From NCBI GenBank assembly GCA_030390025.1, contig CM059425.1, positions 163,744,001-163,808,000 on the forward strand: a stretch of 64,000 nucleotides of DNA, read 5' to 3'. Both the position numbers and the translations under genes were made by a program. The DNA comes from Squalus acanthias (taxonomy: Eukaryota). Positions 25,516 through 38,572 of the stretch are shown one piece after another. Under the pieces are notes generated by a model, which worked only from the letters and a program-made list of their open reading frames with translations, did no database searches and was not told the DNA's origin. Position 1 is the stretch's first letter. Every line of letters begins with the position of its first letter.

Positions 25516-27194
25516 AGCTCAAATAATGTTCAGCTTCACTTTTAAAAATAAAGATTCTGCAAATAAAAGCTTAGCAATCCTTTGAAAATATATCAAGAAC
25601 CTTTGTGCTAGAACCAAAGGACACTCTTGTGAATTAAAGACATGACTTGATGGTTTGACGTAGACCGTTTTTAAATTAATTGGACTGTAATTGCTAATTC
25701 TAGGTCTGCCTGGCGTCTGGGCAGGTTAAGCAGTCAATGCAATGATAGACGCTTTCTTCATAAATTATTCATGAAATTAGAAACGTTCGCAAATGTTAAT
25801 TTAAAGAATAAAAACAACCAATTACTTGAAAATCAGAAACTATTAAGGATCAAACTCGCTACTTTTACAACACGATTCATACACTCCGACGAAGCCACGT
25901 TTGCTTTCCATGTCAATGCAACCTACGTAAATTAATACGACTGCAATATGCCCGCCCCCGGTAAAAAAAAACATTTTTGGGTAAAAAAGTCAAAGCCGAG
26001 AAATTAAACAACTGTTTGTCGTATTACTTGTGCAAATAACGAAGAAAAACATTTATCTCCCAACATAATTACCAAATGTAGGAAAATATTCAGTAGTAAT
26101 TATTGGTGGAACTGCTGAAACGGATTATTTTTGGTTGAAGTCTGTGTATTCGCCTAAATTCAATTACCCTGCCGGGCTGGCTATTGCTGGTGTCAAGACC
26201 CCGTTCTTTAATACTGCTCAGTTAAGTACAATTCGGATTAAAAATATCTCTGCCAGAAATTCCTGTAGGCCAATATTTAAATTCTAAAATTTGAATTTAT
26301 AATTCCCAAAGCGACTAATTTGACACTCGTTAGTCATTGCGATTTAAAACCCTTCTAATGGCTGCATAATAGATAAATATGCCTGGAGCTAGTATGCAAA
26401 TATGATGTGCCGCTGAGTGAAATGGTTACTGCAGAACTTAATCAGCCTCGTCTAATCGCTTCCCGACACACATCACGTACTTAGTGTCTCCATTCGAATA
26501 TGCTGCTAGAGAATCGGCTACATCCACGCAAAACTATTTTAACAACGAAGTTTATTATTTCGATTACAAGTAGGAAATATTTCAATACCAAACCAACACA
26601 TCCAATACCACCACCCAACTTCTTTGCTGGTAGACATACAAATACAGAATTTCTAAGTTTATTTTAGATGGCATGTAATTTGAAATTAAATGCCAATCAA
26701 CATCTATGTTAACGAAACAAATAGTAGCAGCAGCAGTGGGTGACAGCGACACCGAAGACCTGCGCCAGTCAGTCGAGTTTTGCTCAAGGGAAAATCCCAG
26801 CTGGTCAAGTTTTATGTTGGCTGTATTGGGAGTTTTCAGTTCAGAAAAAAAAATGGATTAAAATTCGGTCAACAAAATCGTCACTGCTTGTTTGTGCTGC
26901 ATTTCATCGGCCCAGAGGGGAAAAAAATACCCAAGGTAGGGGAGAAAACTGCTCAGCGAGAGTGAGTCACTTGGGACTTTTTTAAAAATCTATAAAAATT
27001 AAGACGTTGAGCTTTATTTTGACTGAAATAAATAATGAGCTGGATTCATTAAATAGTGAACAGCTCATAGTGCAAGTTTTTTAAGTCCGTATGTTTTACC
27101 CCCGGGTTACTGTCGGCATCGGAACTGTCAGTCACTATGGTTGGGCCCATTAATGAAAGGCTGAAATAAGATTATAAATCTTCCCCACCCCCAC

Positions 27195-27329
27195 CTTTGA
27201 ATTTTGAAAGGCTTCCAACGCTCGGAAGGCTGTCTCTGTCAACTTCACGTGAAAGACGGTGATTTTGCCGGGGCTCGACTTCCCACACGACAACCCGTAA
27301 CGCTGATCCTCAGCGAGCGCCGCCGCCAT
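27195..27329 (-). CDS. ELL2: ELL2 coding exon 1 (RNA polymerase II elongation factor ELL2), 45 codons
   Basis: Translates [45 protein letters not shown], matching the ELL-family N-terminus. QRYGLSCG and KLTETAxRALE are ELL2-like rather than ELL-like. ATG in AAGATGG context; ends AAG|GTGGGG (phase 0 donor). Not in the ORF track because it is under 60 aa. Confidence 0.93.
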
Positions 27330-27930
27330 CTTGAACTGGCCCCTCCGGCATCAGTTTGACGTCCCTCGCATCGTCCACGTCCCCCCTCCCGTTCCTGCCC
27401 CAGGCTCTGAAGCAACAACCAGCAGAGCGACTGAGGAGGTAACTGTGGGGCAAGCGGCTGCCACCCAACTTCTTTGGACAACCTCATCCCGCCCAGCTCG
27501 CCGCCTCCCGGCCTCCCCGATTGGCCCACCGGATTCCAACCGCAAACTCGCCGGCGGAGACCTCTGTTCTCTGATTGGTCCAATGAAGCATCCATCGTCC
27601 CCACTCGGACCAATAAAAAAAAAGGCGATTTTTGATTGGCGAATTCCTGATACTTGGTCGCGAGGGGGGCGGGACTTAACTGCTGGTACGTTTGACGTCA
27701 CGCCGTCGATGGAAATTGATCTTCAGGAGCAGGACTGCCTTCCCTTTTTCGCGGCGCTGATTGGCGAGCAGACATCACTGGCTGGGTTCCAGTTGTCAAA
27801 GCGATATCAATCATATGACGTGATCGCTTGTCTCCTTAACTATGTAAATGAAGGTAAACGTCACAGCCGTTCTCAGAACTGTCAACGGAGCTGTTGCATT
27901 TTCGCAAGATGACGTCCTATGAGAAAATGA
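27320..27930 (-). promoter_or_regulatory. CpG-rich ELL2 promoter and 5'UTR
   Basis: CCAAT/ATTGG boxes at ~27519, 27573-27584, 27610, 27634 and 27768; GC box GGGGGCGGG ~27665-27673; perfect CRE TGACGTCA 27693-27700; YY1-like CAAGATGGCGGC overlapping the start codon; high CpG density. Confidence 0.8.
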
Positions 27931-28010
27931 AACAGCACTATAAAAAGCCTGACAGACTGCTAACTGGTCAGATATTTCCCAGCGTTTTAATGGTTTGCAC
28001 GTCACCGTTT

Positions 28011-28090
28011 ACCTGAAACGTTAACTCTGTTCCCCTCTCCACATATGCTGCCTGGCCTGCTGAGTGTTTCCAGCATTTTCTGTTTTTATT
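28011..28090 (+). mobile_element. Truncated solo Penelope terminal-repeat unit
   Basis: ACCTGAAACGTTAACTCTG..CCAGCATTTTCTGTTTTTATT; lacks CTGANGA. Confidence 0.75.
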
Positions 28091-28169
28091 CCATGATAAT
28101 GTCTCATCTTAGACAAAAAAACGGACTAACAGATTCTTACATTACGCTTTCAATAAAATGTATATTATT

Positions 28170-28630
28170 TTTTACCTCTAGACTTGACTATTCCAATGCT
28201 CTCCCAGCCGGCCTCCCATCTTTCACCCTCCATAAACTTGTGCTCATCCAAAACTCTGCTGCCCGTATCTTAACTCGCTCCAAGTCCCATTCACCTATGT
28301 CAAACAATGCCTCAGTTTTAAAATCCTCATCCTTGTTTTCAAACCTCTTGGGCATTCTCTCTGACTTCTTGAGCATCCCCGATTTTAATCGCGCCACCAT
28401 TGGTGGCCTTGCTTTCAGCTGCCTTGGCCCTAACCTCTGGAAATCCCTCCCTAAACCTCTCCACCTCTCTACCTCTCTCCTCCTTTAAGATGCTCCTTAA
28501 AACCTACCTCTTTGACCAAGCTTATGGTCACTGTCCTGATATCTCCTTCTGTGGCTTGATGTCACTCTTGTTAAGTGCCTTGGGACATTTTGCTACGTTA
28601 AATGTGTTTTATAAATTTAAGTTGTTGTTA
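28170..28630 (+). mobile_element. L2-clade 3' fragment
   Basis: TSRLDYSNALPAGLP..QNSAARIL; GTTGTTGTT tail. Confidence 0.8.
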
Positions 28631-28659
28631 TAAATAATTATCTTTTAAGTCAGGATACT

Positions 28660-29060
28660 GAGGTTATGAACAGTATGGTCCAGCCTGAGATGTTGGTTTG
28701 GAAGGGGATGCAGTTGGTGGCAAGGGTATAGCGTTTATGACGGGCTGAGTCAATGGCTATGATCGTCCCAATATTTAGCTAGAAGAAATTATGGTTCATC
28801 CAAGACTGGATGCCAGACAAACAGTCTGACAGCACAAAGGTAGTAGATGGGTTGAGACAGGTGTTGAGAGGTATAGTTGGATGTTGTCAGCATACATGTG
28901 GAAGCTGACCCTATGTCTTCTGATGATGTTGCCAAAAAGTATCATGTAGATGAGAAAGAGGAGGGCCCAAATATGGATCATTGGGGCACTCTCAAAGTGA
29001 CAGTGCAGGATTAGAAAAATAAGCCATTACTGGAGATGCTGTGGCTATGATTGGATAGGT
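28660..29060 (-). mobile_element. L2-clade RT fragment
   Basis: IIRRHRVSFHMYADNIQLY (ORF 28796..28981). Confidence 0.7.
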
Positions 29061-29061
29061 A

Positions 29062-32000
29062 TAGAATCATAGAATGGTTACAGCACAGGAGGAGGCCATT
29101 CGGCCCGTCGAGCCCATGCCGGCTCTCTGCAAGAGCACTTCAGCTAGTCCCACTCCCCCGCCCTTTCCCCGTAGCCCTGCAAAATGTTTTCCTTCGGCTA
29201 CTTATCTAATTCCCTTTTGAAAGCCACGATTGAATCTGCCTCCACCACCCTTTCAGGCAGTGCATTCCAGATCCTAATCACTCGCTGCGTAAAAAAGTTT
29301 TTCCTCATGTCGCCTTTGGTTCTTCTGCCAATCACCTTAAATCTCTGTCCTCTGGTTCTTGACCTTTCCGCCAATGGGAACAGTTTCTCTCTATCTACTC
29401 TGTCTAGACCCCTCATGATTTTGAACACCTCTATCAAATCTCCTCTCAACCTTCTCTGCTCTAAGGAGAACAACCCTAGCTTCTCCAGTCTATCCATGTA
29501 ACAGAAGTCCCTCATCCTTGGAACTATTCTTGTAAATCTTTTCTGCACCCTCTCTAAGGCCTTCACATCCTTTCTAAAGTGCGGTGCCCAGAATTGGACA
29601 CAATACTCCAGGTGAGGCCGAACCAGTGTTTTATAAAGGTTCATCATAACTTCCTTGCTTTTGTATTCTATGCCTCTATTTATGAAGCCCAGGATCTGAT
29701 ATGCTTTTTTAACCGCTTTCTCAACCTGCCCTGCCACCTTCAATGATTTGTGCATATATACCCCCTTTAAAATTGTACCCTTTAGTTTATATTGCCTCTC
29801 CTCGTTCTTCCTACCAAAATGTATCACTTCGCACTTTTCTGTGTTAAATTTCATCTGCCACGTGTCCGCCCATTCCACTAGCCTGTCTATGTCCTCTTGA
29901 AGTCTATCACTATCCTCCTCACTGTTCACTATACTTACAAGTTTTGTGTCATCTGCAAATTTTGAAATTGTGCCCTGTACACCCTAGTCTAAGTCATTAA
30001 TATATATCAAGAAAAGCAGTGGTCCTAGTACCGACCCCTGGGGAACTCCACTGTGTACCTTCCTCCAGTCCGATAAACAACCATTCACCACTACTCTCTG
30101 TTTCCTGTCACTTAGCCAATTTCGTATCCCTGCTGCCACTGTCCCTTTTATTCCATGGGCTTCAACTTTGCTGGCAAGCCTATTATGTGGCACTTTTATC
30201 AAACGCTTTTTGGAAGTCCATGTACATCACATCAACCGCATTGCCCTCATCAACCCTCTCTGTTACCTCATCAAAAACCCAATCAAGTTAGTTAAACATG
30301 ATTTGCATTTAGAAAATCCATGCTGGCTTTCCTTAATTAATCCACACTTGTCGAAGTGACTGTTAATTTTGTCCCGGATTATCGTTTCTAAAAGCTTCCC
30401 CACTACCGAGGTTAAACTGACTGACCTGTAGTTGCTGGGTTTATCCTTACACCCTTTTTTGAACAAGGGTGTGACATTTGCAATTCTCCAGTCATAGAGT
30501 CATAGAGTTATACAGCACAGAAAGAGGCCCTTCGGCCCATCGTGTCTGTGCCGGCCATCAAGCCCTGTCTATTCTAATCCCATTTTCCAGCACTTGGTCC
30601 ATAGCCTTGTATGCTATGGCGTTTCAAGTGCTCATCTAAATGCTTCTTGAATGTTGTGAGGGTTCCTGCCTCTACCACCCTTTCAGGCAGTGAGTTCCAG
30701 ATTCCAACCACCCTCTGGGTGAAAAAGTTTTTCCTCAAATCCCCTCTAAACCTCCTGCCCCTTACCTTGAAACTATGCCACCTGGTTATTGACCCCTCTA
30801 CTAAGGGGAAAAGTTCCTTTCTATCTACCCTAGCTATGCCCCTCATAATTTTGTACACCTCAATCAGGTCCCCCCTCAGCCTTCTCTGCTCTAAGGAAAA
30901 CAACCCCAGCCTGTCCAGTCTCTCTTCATAGCTGAAGCGCTCCAGCCCAGGTAACATCCTGGTGAATCTCCTCTGCACCCTCTCCAATGCAATCACATCC
31001 TTCCTATAGTGTGGCGACCAGAACTGCACACAGTATTCCAGCTGTGGCCTAATTAGCATTTTGTACAGCTCCATCATAACCTTCCTGCTCTTATATTCTA
31101 TGCCTCGGCTAATGAAGGCAAGTATCCCATATGCCTTTTTAACCACCTTATCTACCTGTCCTGCTGCCTTCAGGGATCTATGTACATGCACACCAAGGTC
31201 CCTCTGATCCTCTGTCCTTCCTAGGGTCCTACCATTCATTGTGTATTCCCTTGCCTTGTTAGTCCTCCCAAAATTTATCACCTCACACTTTTCAGGGTTA
31301 AATTCCATTTGCCACTGTTCTGCTCATCTAACCAACCCATCTATATCGTCCTGTAGCCTGAGGCTTCCCTCCTCGCTATTTACCACTCCACCAATTTTCA
31401 TGTCATCTGCGAACTTACTGATCATACCTCCTACATTCATATCTAAATGATTAATGTACACTACAAACAGCAAAGGACCCAGCACCGATCCCTGTGGTAC
31501 ACCACTGGACACAGGCTTCCAGTCACAAAAACAACCTTCGACCATCACCCTCTGCCTCCTGCCACTAAGCCAATTTTGGATCCAATGTGCCAAATTGCCC
31601 TGGAATCCCATGGGCTTTTACCTTCTTGACCAGTCTCCCATGCGGGACTTTGTCAAAAGCCTTACTGAAGTCCATGTAGACTACATCAACTGCACTACCC
31701 TCATCCACGCACCTAGCCACCTCCTCGAAAAATTCAATCAAATTGGTCAGACATGATCTTCCCCCTGACAAAGCCATGCTGACTATCCTTGATTAATCCT
31801 TGCCTCTCCAAGTGGAGACTAATTCTGTCCCTCAGAATTTTTTCCAATAATTTCCCTACCACTAATGTTAGGCTCACTGGCCTGTAATTCCCTGGTTTAT
31901 CCCTACTACCCTTCTTGAATAATGGTACTACGTTAGCTGTTCTCCAGTCCTCTGGCACCTCCCCTGTGGCCAGCGAGGTTCTGAAAATTTGTGTCAGAGC

Positions 32001-35000
32001 CCCTGCAATCTCCTCCCTTGCCTCACACAGCAGCCTGGGATACGTCTCGTCTGGGCCTGGGGATTTATCCACTTTTAAGCCTGCTAAAACTGCTAGTACC
32101 TCCTCCCTCTCAATACTAATTTGTTCAAGTATATCACAATCCCCCTGCCTGATTTCTATGCCTACGTCGTCCTTCTCCATAATGAACACAGATGCAAAAT
32201 ATTCATTTAAAACCTCACTTACATCTTCCGTCCTCTGGCACCAGCCCTGTATCCAAGGAGGATTGGAAGATTATGGCCAGTATCTGCGCAATTTCCACCT
32301 TTAATTCCCTCAGCATCCTGGGATGCATCCCATCCGGTCCTGGTGACTTATCTACTTTAAGTAAAGCCAGCCTTTCTAGTACCACCTCTTTATCAATTTT
32401 TATCCTATCCAGTATCTCAACTACCTCCTCTTTCACTATGACTTTGGCAGCATCTTCTTCCTTGGTAAAGACAAATGCAAAGTACTCATTTAGTACCTCA
32501 GCCATGCCCTCTGCCTCCATGCATAGGTCTCCATTTTGGTCCCTAATTGGCCCCACCCTTCCTCTTACTATCTGTTTACTATTTATATGCCTATAGAAGA
32601 CTTTTGATTTCCCTTTTATGTTAGCTGCCAATCTATTCTCATACTCTCCCTTTGCCTCTCTTATTTCCTTTTTCACTTCCCCTCTGAACTTTCTATATTC
32701 AGCCTGGTTCTCACTTGTATTCTCAACCTGACATCTGTAATATGCCCCCTTTTTCTGCTTCATCTTACTCTATCTCTTTCCTCATCCAGGGAGCTCTGGC
32801 TTTGGTTGCCCTACCTTTCCCCCTCGTGGGAATGTACCTCGACTGTACCCGAACCACCTCCTCTTTAAAGGCAGCCCATTGTTACATTACAGGTTTGCCT
32901 GACAATCTTTGATTCCAATTTACCCGGGCCAGATCCATTCTCAACCCACTGAAATTTGCCTTCCTCCAATTAAGCATTTTTACTCTAGATTGCTCCCTAT
33001 CCTTTTCCATAGCTAGTCTAAACCTTATGATACTGTGATCACTGTTCCCTAAATGTTCCCCTGCTGACACTTGCTCTACTTGGCTTACCTCATTTCCCCA
33101 GAACCAGATCCAGCAATGCCTCCTTCCTCGTTGGGCCGGAAACATACTGATCAAGAAAGTTCTCCTGAACACACTTCAAAAATTCTTCCTCCTCTCTGCC
33201 CTTTACACTATTACTATCCCAGTCAATATAAAGATAGTTGAAGTCCCCCATTATCACTACTCTATAGTTCTTGCACCTCTCTGTAATTTCCCTGCAAATT
33301 TGCTCCTCTATATCCTTCCCACTAGTTGGCGGCTTGTAGAATACACCTGGTAATGTAATGGCACCTCTATTGTTTCTCAATTCTAACCAAATAGATTCTG
33401 TCCTTGACCTCTCCAGGACATCCTCTCTCTCCAGCACGGTAATATTCTCCTTAATCAATACTGTCACACCACCTCCTTTCTTTCCTTCCCTATCTTTCCT
33501 GAACACCTTATATCCAGGAATATTTAGTACCCAATCTTGCCCTTTCTTGAGCCAGGTCTCCATTATCGCCACAACATCATATTCCATAGTGTCTATTGGC
33601 ACCTGCAGCTCACCAACCTTATTTACCACACTTCATGCATTCACACACATGCACTTTAAACCTTCTTGTATTCTCTCTTAGTCTGACCCCACCTAATACC
33701 ATACTATTTCTTACTCTCGTGCTATCTGTCTCTCCCAATCCTTTATGCACCTTGTTTCTCCTTTCTAATGCTACATTCTGGTGCCATTGCCCTGCCAAAT
33801 TAGTTTAAATCCTCCCCAACAGCACTCGCAAACGCCCACGCGAGGATATTGGTCCCAGGTCTGTTGAGGTGCAACCCATCCGGCCTGTACAGGTCCCGCC
33901 TCCCCTAGAACCGGTTCCAATGTCCCAGGAATCTAAAGACCTCCCTCCTGCACCATCTCTCAAGCCACGCATTCATATGCTCTATCCTCCTATTTCTATA
34001 CTCACTAGCTCGTGGCACCGGGAGTAATCCGGAGATTACTACCATTGAGGTCCTGCTTTTTAATCTCTTTCCTAGCTCCCTAAAATCTGCCTGCAGGAAC
34101 TCATCCCCCTTTCTACCTATGTCGTTGATACCGATATGGACCATGACCTCTGGCTGTTCACCCTCCCCCTCAGAATGTTCTGCAGCCGCTCAGTGACATC
34201 CTTGACCCTGGCACCAGGGAGGTAACATACCATCCTGGATTCACGTCTGCGGCCGCAGAAATGCCTGTCTGTTCCCCTAACTATCGAATCTCCTATCACT
34301 TTTCTTTCCCGATCTTCCTCCTCCCTCACTGTACAGCTGAGCCACCTGCGGTGCTGTGGACTTGGCTCTGGCTGTACTCCCCAGAGGAACCATCGCCCTC
34401 ACCAGCCTGAATACTGGTTAGAGAGTGAGATGCACTCAGGGGACTCCTGCACTACCTGCCTGGTCCTCCTTGTCTGTCTGACGGTCGCCCATTCCCTCTC
34501 TGCCTGCACACTTTTATGCTTCGGGGTGACCACCTCCTGAAATGTGCTATCCACGTAGCTCTCAGCCTCACGGATGCACTGCAGTGACGCCAGCTGCTAC
34601 TCAAGCTTCAAAACCTGGAGCTTGAGCTCCTCCAGCTGATGACACTTCCTGCACATGTGGTTGTCCAGGACACAGGATGCGTCCTGGAGTTCCCACATGC
34701 CACAAGATGTGCATGCCATGGGACCGAGGTGTCCTGCCATGCCTCTACTTAATAGACTATTAATTAACTTAACAGAAATAAACTTAAGACTTAAAAAAAA
34801 ATAATCACCAGCTACTCACCAATCAGCTCCTTCCCTGTGCTGACGCCACTTACCTCGCTCCCTGACGCTCACGCTCCCTCTGGGCTCTGGGCTCTTGGGC
34901 CTACCTTTATCTGCAGCCACTCTTCTCGCTCTCCCACAGGTCTGCTCTCGTGTCTATTACCTTCGAGACCTTGGGTTCTGTGTCTCCACTCCTCCTTTTC

Positions 35001-35160
35001 CGTTAGACTTCTCAACCACTTTCCTCCTCTCCACCGAATTCCTGCGCTCATCAAATTCCTCCACTCTGCTGGCGAATCACTCCGTTTGCGTTCTCCAGCT
35101 CTGTCTCCAAGCTCTGTGCTCAAGCCTGAAGTGGAACCAAGCAAGTTCACGCCCTTTTAA
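29062..35160 (-). mobile_element. Full-length decayed CR1 LINE (copy E) carrying a nested CR1
   Basis: 3' tail at 29062; RT 29198-30490 and 32230-32760; APE 33090-33660; esterase ORF1 33800-34740; 5'UTR to ~35160 (boundary approximate). Confidence 0.93.
30494..32228 (-). mobile_element. Nested 5'-truncated CR1 (copy F) inside copy E
   Basis: Has its own 3' tail (CATAGAGT)x2 at 30493-30510. The host reads CAATTCTCCAGTC|CTCTGGCACC when this segment is removed. Confidence 0.9.
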
Positions 35161-35419
35161 GTTGCTGCACGCAGCTGTCTCCTGCAGCAGCAGACATTTC
35201 CCAGCCTCTGCAGCTGTGAGCTCCCAAATGCAGGTGGGCATCTCAGTAAAACAGTTTGCATAAAGTTGACCACAAAACTTGGTTGAAGCTAGCTACAGGT
35301 CATTTGGGCTGGCGCAAAGTCTGACCTGGCATACTTACGGTGCAGTTTGGATCAGGGAGGAAAATCATGGTCATTGAATTTCTAGTCTCAGCTGTCAAGG
35401 AAAGATCCCAATTATAAGT

Positions 35420-36090
35420 TAGATGTTTCCCTTGCCAGTCTCCCAAACGTATCCTCATGCACACTTCAACTTGTCCAAAATTCCACCACCCACATTCTGT
35501 ATTCTGCATTACATCTTTTTCACTCATCACCATCCTCTCTTTAACTATCACTGGTTCCCTAACTCCCAATGCATCAAATTCAAAATGCTTGTCTTTGTTT
35601 ATAAATCCCTCCACAGACTTCTCCACCCTATCTCTGCAACCTTCTCCAGCCATATGAATCAGTCTATGATCTTCCAATTCTGGCTCCTATGCATCTGCCA
35701 TGCTGGCATTCTTCACCTGGCCACGGAATTTCCTCGGAGTTGCTCACGTTTCGCCAATGTAACTTTGCAGGAAGAACAGAGGAAAACCCCATTTACGCAT
35801 CTAAATGTGGTTTCTGATGCACTTTCCGGCAAAGTTATGGTGGCAGAGCAGGAACAGCTCCGAGGAAATTCCTGGCCCTGGTGGGAGAAATTTCAGCGAT
35901 CTTGTCACCACCCTTTGAAACTCCCTCCAAAACCTTGCTATTTCTCTCCCTGCCTTTAGAAATCTCCTCAAAACCTTCCTTTTTGATCGTGCCTTCTGGC
36001 AACTTTCCTTAATAGCCCACCATATGGAAAGCACCTTGGGACATGTTATGATGTTAAAAGCTCTGCGCAAATGAATTTTGTTGTGGTTGT
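35420..36090 (+). mobile_element. Old L2-clade 3' remnant
   Basis: HWFP..IKFKMLVFVYKSLH motif and L2-type tail. Confidence 0.6.
35720..35877. mobile_element. Small Harbinger-type MITE (~158 bp)
   Basis: GCCACGGAATTTCCTCGGAG / CTCCGAGGAAATTCCTGGCC inverted ends; CTG on both sides. Confidence 0.75.
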
Positions 36091-36781
36091 TTTATTCACT
36101 CCAAGTTGCTTTTGCACATCTCCAACTACCAGATTAAACAGCAGCATTTCAAAATCTTGGAAGAAATCAAAACTATTTCATACAGGAAATTATGTGTGAC
36201 ACCAAGTGAAAAATCTAAACAAGAGAGGAAAAGCAGCTAAGTGTCAGACTTAGAAATAAAATAAATTTGGGTTTAATAATTTATAAATGCTGCTGAACCA
36301 TGAAGAAGTACAGCAGATCTGATCTGTTGCATCATAATGCTGTTACAAATAAAAACAAGGGAAAATCATAGAAGGCAGAAAATCACAATGAGCTGAATCT
36401 ACCAGTAGCAAATAAAATGTGGGAAGAGACAGCACTATTGCAAATACCAATTTGAAACAAAATATAATAAGGGCAGTAAATCATATATGCCTGAGTTTTT
36501 TGGTGTGTGGGGGATTCTCCCAATCTCCCGCTGTAACTTCAGTGGAAGATGAGTAGAAACCTGGGAGAAACGGTGTTAATGGCCATTGATGCTGCTTCTG
36601 TAGGGTTTCTATTGATTATTGTGGGAGATCAGGTGAACTGCATGGAAATTCTAGCCCCAAAATTTAAATTATTGAACAAAAAAAATCAAATTAAGCATTA
36701 TAAATTATTAAGAGCCAATTAAGCAGATTAGGGAGAAAATTGGAAAATTGCAGTCAGGAGACAAGGGGGCAGAAAGATTTG

Positions 36782-37982
36782 GGACTAAAAATTCGGGAGT
36801 TTAGCGCCAGCCGTTACCGCCCGAGTCAGGAAAAAAAGGTGGCGGCCGCACTTTCACCCACTGCTGGTGGGTCCTGTGGCGGCCGCCATTTTTGGCAGGC
36901 TGGCAGCGCTGCCTGCGCTCACCGAAAGTCGGAGTGTGATGTCAATCGGCATGATGCCCGCTCATCCATTTTGAATATATCTACTCCTATTGCCGTCCTC
37001 TGTAAAGCATGCCCGTGCGTGCAGCCGCTAAAAGCGCTTCAGCAGTGTTAACGGCCATGAGGAGTCTGGCAGGACTTGGCAGATTGTGTACGAGGATGGA
37101 GGCTGCCAAGTGGAAAACACCTCTCATGGATGCCGGAACTTTAAATACCTCCTTTGCCAAGGTTCTTCTTTTATACTTTCATTATTTGCCTATCGGGGGG
37201 GGGGTGGGGGGGTGGGGGGGGGGCAGTTGCTGGTGGTTTTCCGGGAGGCCTACAGTGTTTGTGGGTCAGTAAATCAATGGGTGAAACATTGTGGAACAAG
37301 CTTTTAGTTCAGAACTGAACACCTGCATAAAATTGCAAATCCCTCAGCGGAGGCCCAGTAAATTAAAAAAATGAATTCCTAAAGCGCATCAGATTTTCCA
37401 AAACTCCATTGCAACGATTGAAGATGATCTCTGATAAGATTGCTTTTATCTTTATGATAACGTCACCAGAATGTCACCCCCCTGGCAAATCTGGACTCAA
37501 CTGCTTAAGATTTTAAGGAATTCTAATTAATTTATTCAAAATTCCATAACCAATGATTTATCAAATAATTAATTTGTGTCGAGTATGCAAGTCTCACTAT
37601 TACTACACATTTAAACACTTTCAAGAGTAACCATTGGGTAAAGATTAGTGTTACAGAGAATGCAAATTTCATGAACTTTAAAAAAATCAACAAATATTGG
37701 GTGGCAGGTAATATTTTTGTCGCAAATACAGCAACTGTTCCGTACATGGCCTACAGGTTCGCTCCTTTCTTCACTGCAAGTGGGAGACAGACTTGACCTT
37801 CGACCTCCTGCTGAGCTTAGTGCTGGAAAGAGCACGTTTTACCACAAAATCTCCACTTGGCTGATGTTAGGTGGCAGGCAGCACCAAAATACCAGTGCTT
37901 CCTGCGCTTTCTCGGCGGGTGGCCGTTAGCCTTGGCCGGCGCTGTTACCGGCAGTTTTCCAGTGTACTGTAATTTTTAGCCC
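36782..37982. mobile_element. Harbinger-type non-autonomous element (~1.2 kb)
   Basis: GGACTAAAAATT / AATTTTTAGCCC ends, TSD TTG, GC-rich subterminal arms and AT-rich centre. Confidence 0.75.
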
Positions 37983-38209
37983 TTGGAGTTAAATATAAAT
38001 TGAGTACAAATGCAACGGTTGAGGTAAGACATAAGGGTAGATGTTTCTGTTATTGCTTGGGTACAGCACACAGAGGAAAATCATGCGGAGAGGATCTCAC
38101 GTCAGTAATGATACCTACACAATTTTCCGCTGTGCATTGTGCACTGGTGATCCAATATAATAGATATCATAGTAAATCTTTCCAGCTGATTCAACAAGCT
38201 TATCCAGTG

Positions 38210-38520
38210 GGAAGCTGAGCCCTACATTTCAGGAAAGTCCAAGTTTCCATTCCCAGTGCATGTTATTTGAAGTGATCCTTGCCAGGGTGTGGTCGATATG
38301 CCAAAATTAACTTCATCATGCCTGTGCTGGGGAGGAGAAATCAGCCAGGTTTCCCACTTCTGCTCAATAATCAGTGACTACTGTTGGAAGTGCCTGTTTG
38401 CGGTTGTCAGGAGAGGATGGGATTGGGTTGGGCTGTGATGCTCCCTGTGATTGAATAACTTATCGTTAATTAATAGCCACATGAACAGAATATCAGCGAG
38501 CAACTGAGTGCAGCAGCACA
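38210..38520 (+). mobile_element. Decayed tRNA-headed SINE
   Basis: GCTGAGCC..AGGAAAGTCCAAGTTTCCATTCC resembles the reverse complement of the head at 24215-24250. Confidence 0.35.
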
Positions 38521-38572
38521 GAGTGAACGACTGCAAGTTTGATAAGTGTGGGAGTTTGGTGAAGTGGGGGAA

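Noticed and set aside
27245..27912. ORFs of 116-193 aa over the promoter
   Set aside because: Stop-poor GC-rich sequence with no recognisable domain. The real coding frame is ELL2 exon 1.
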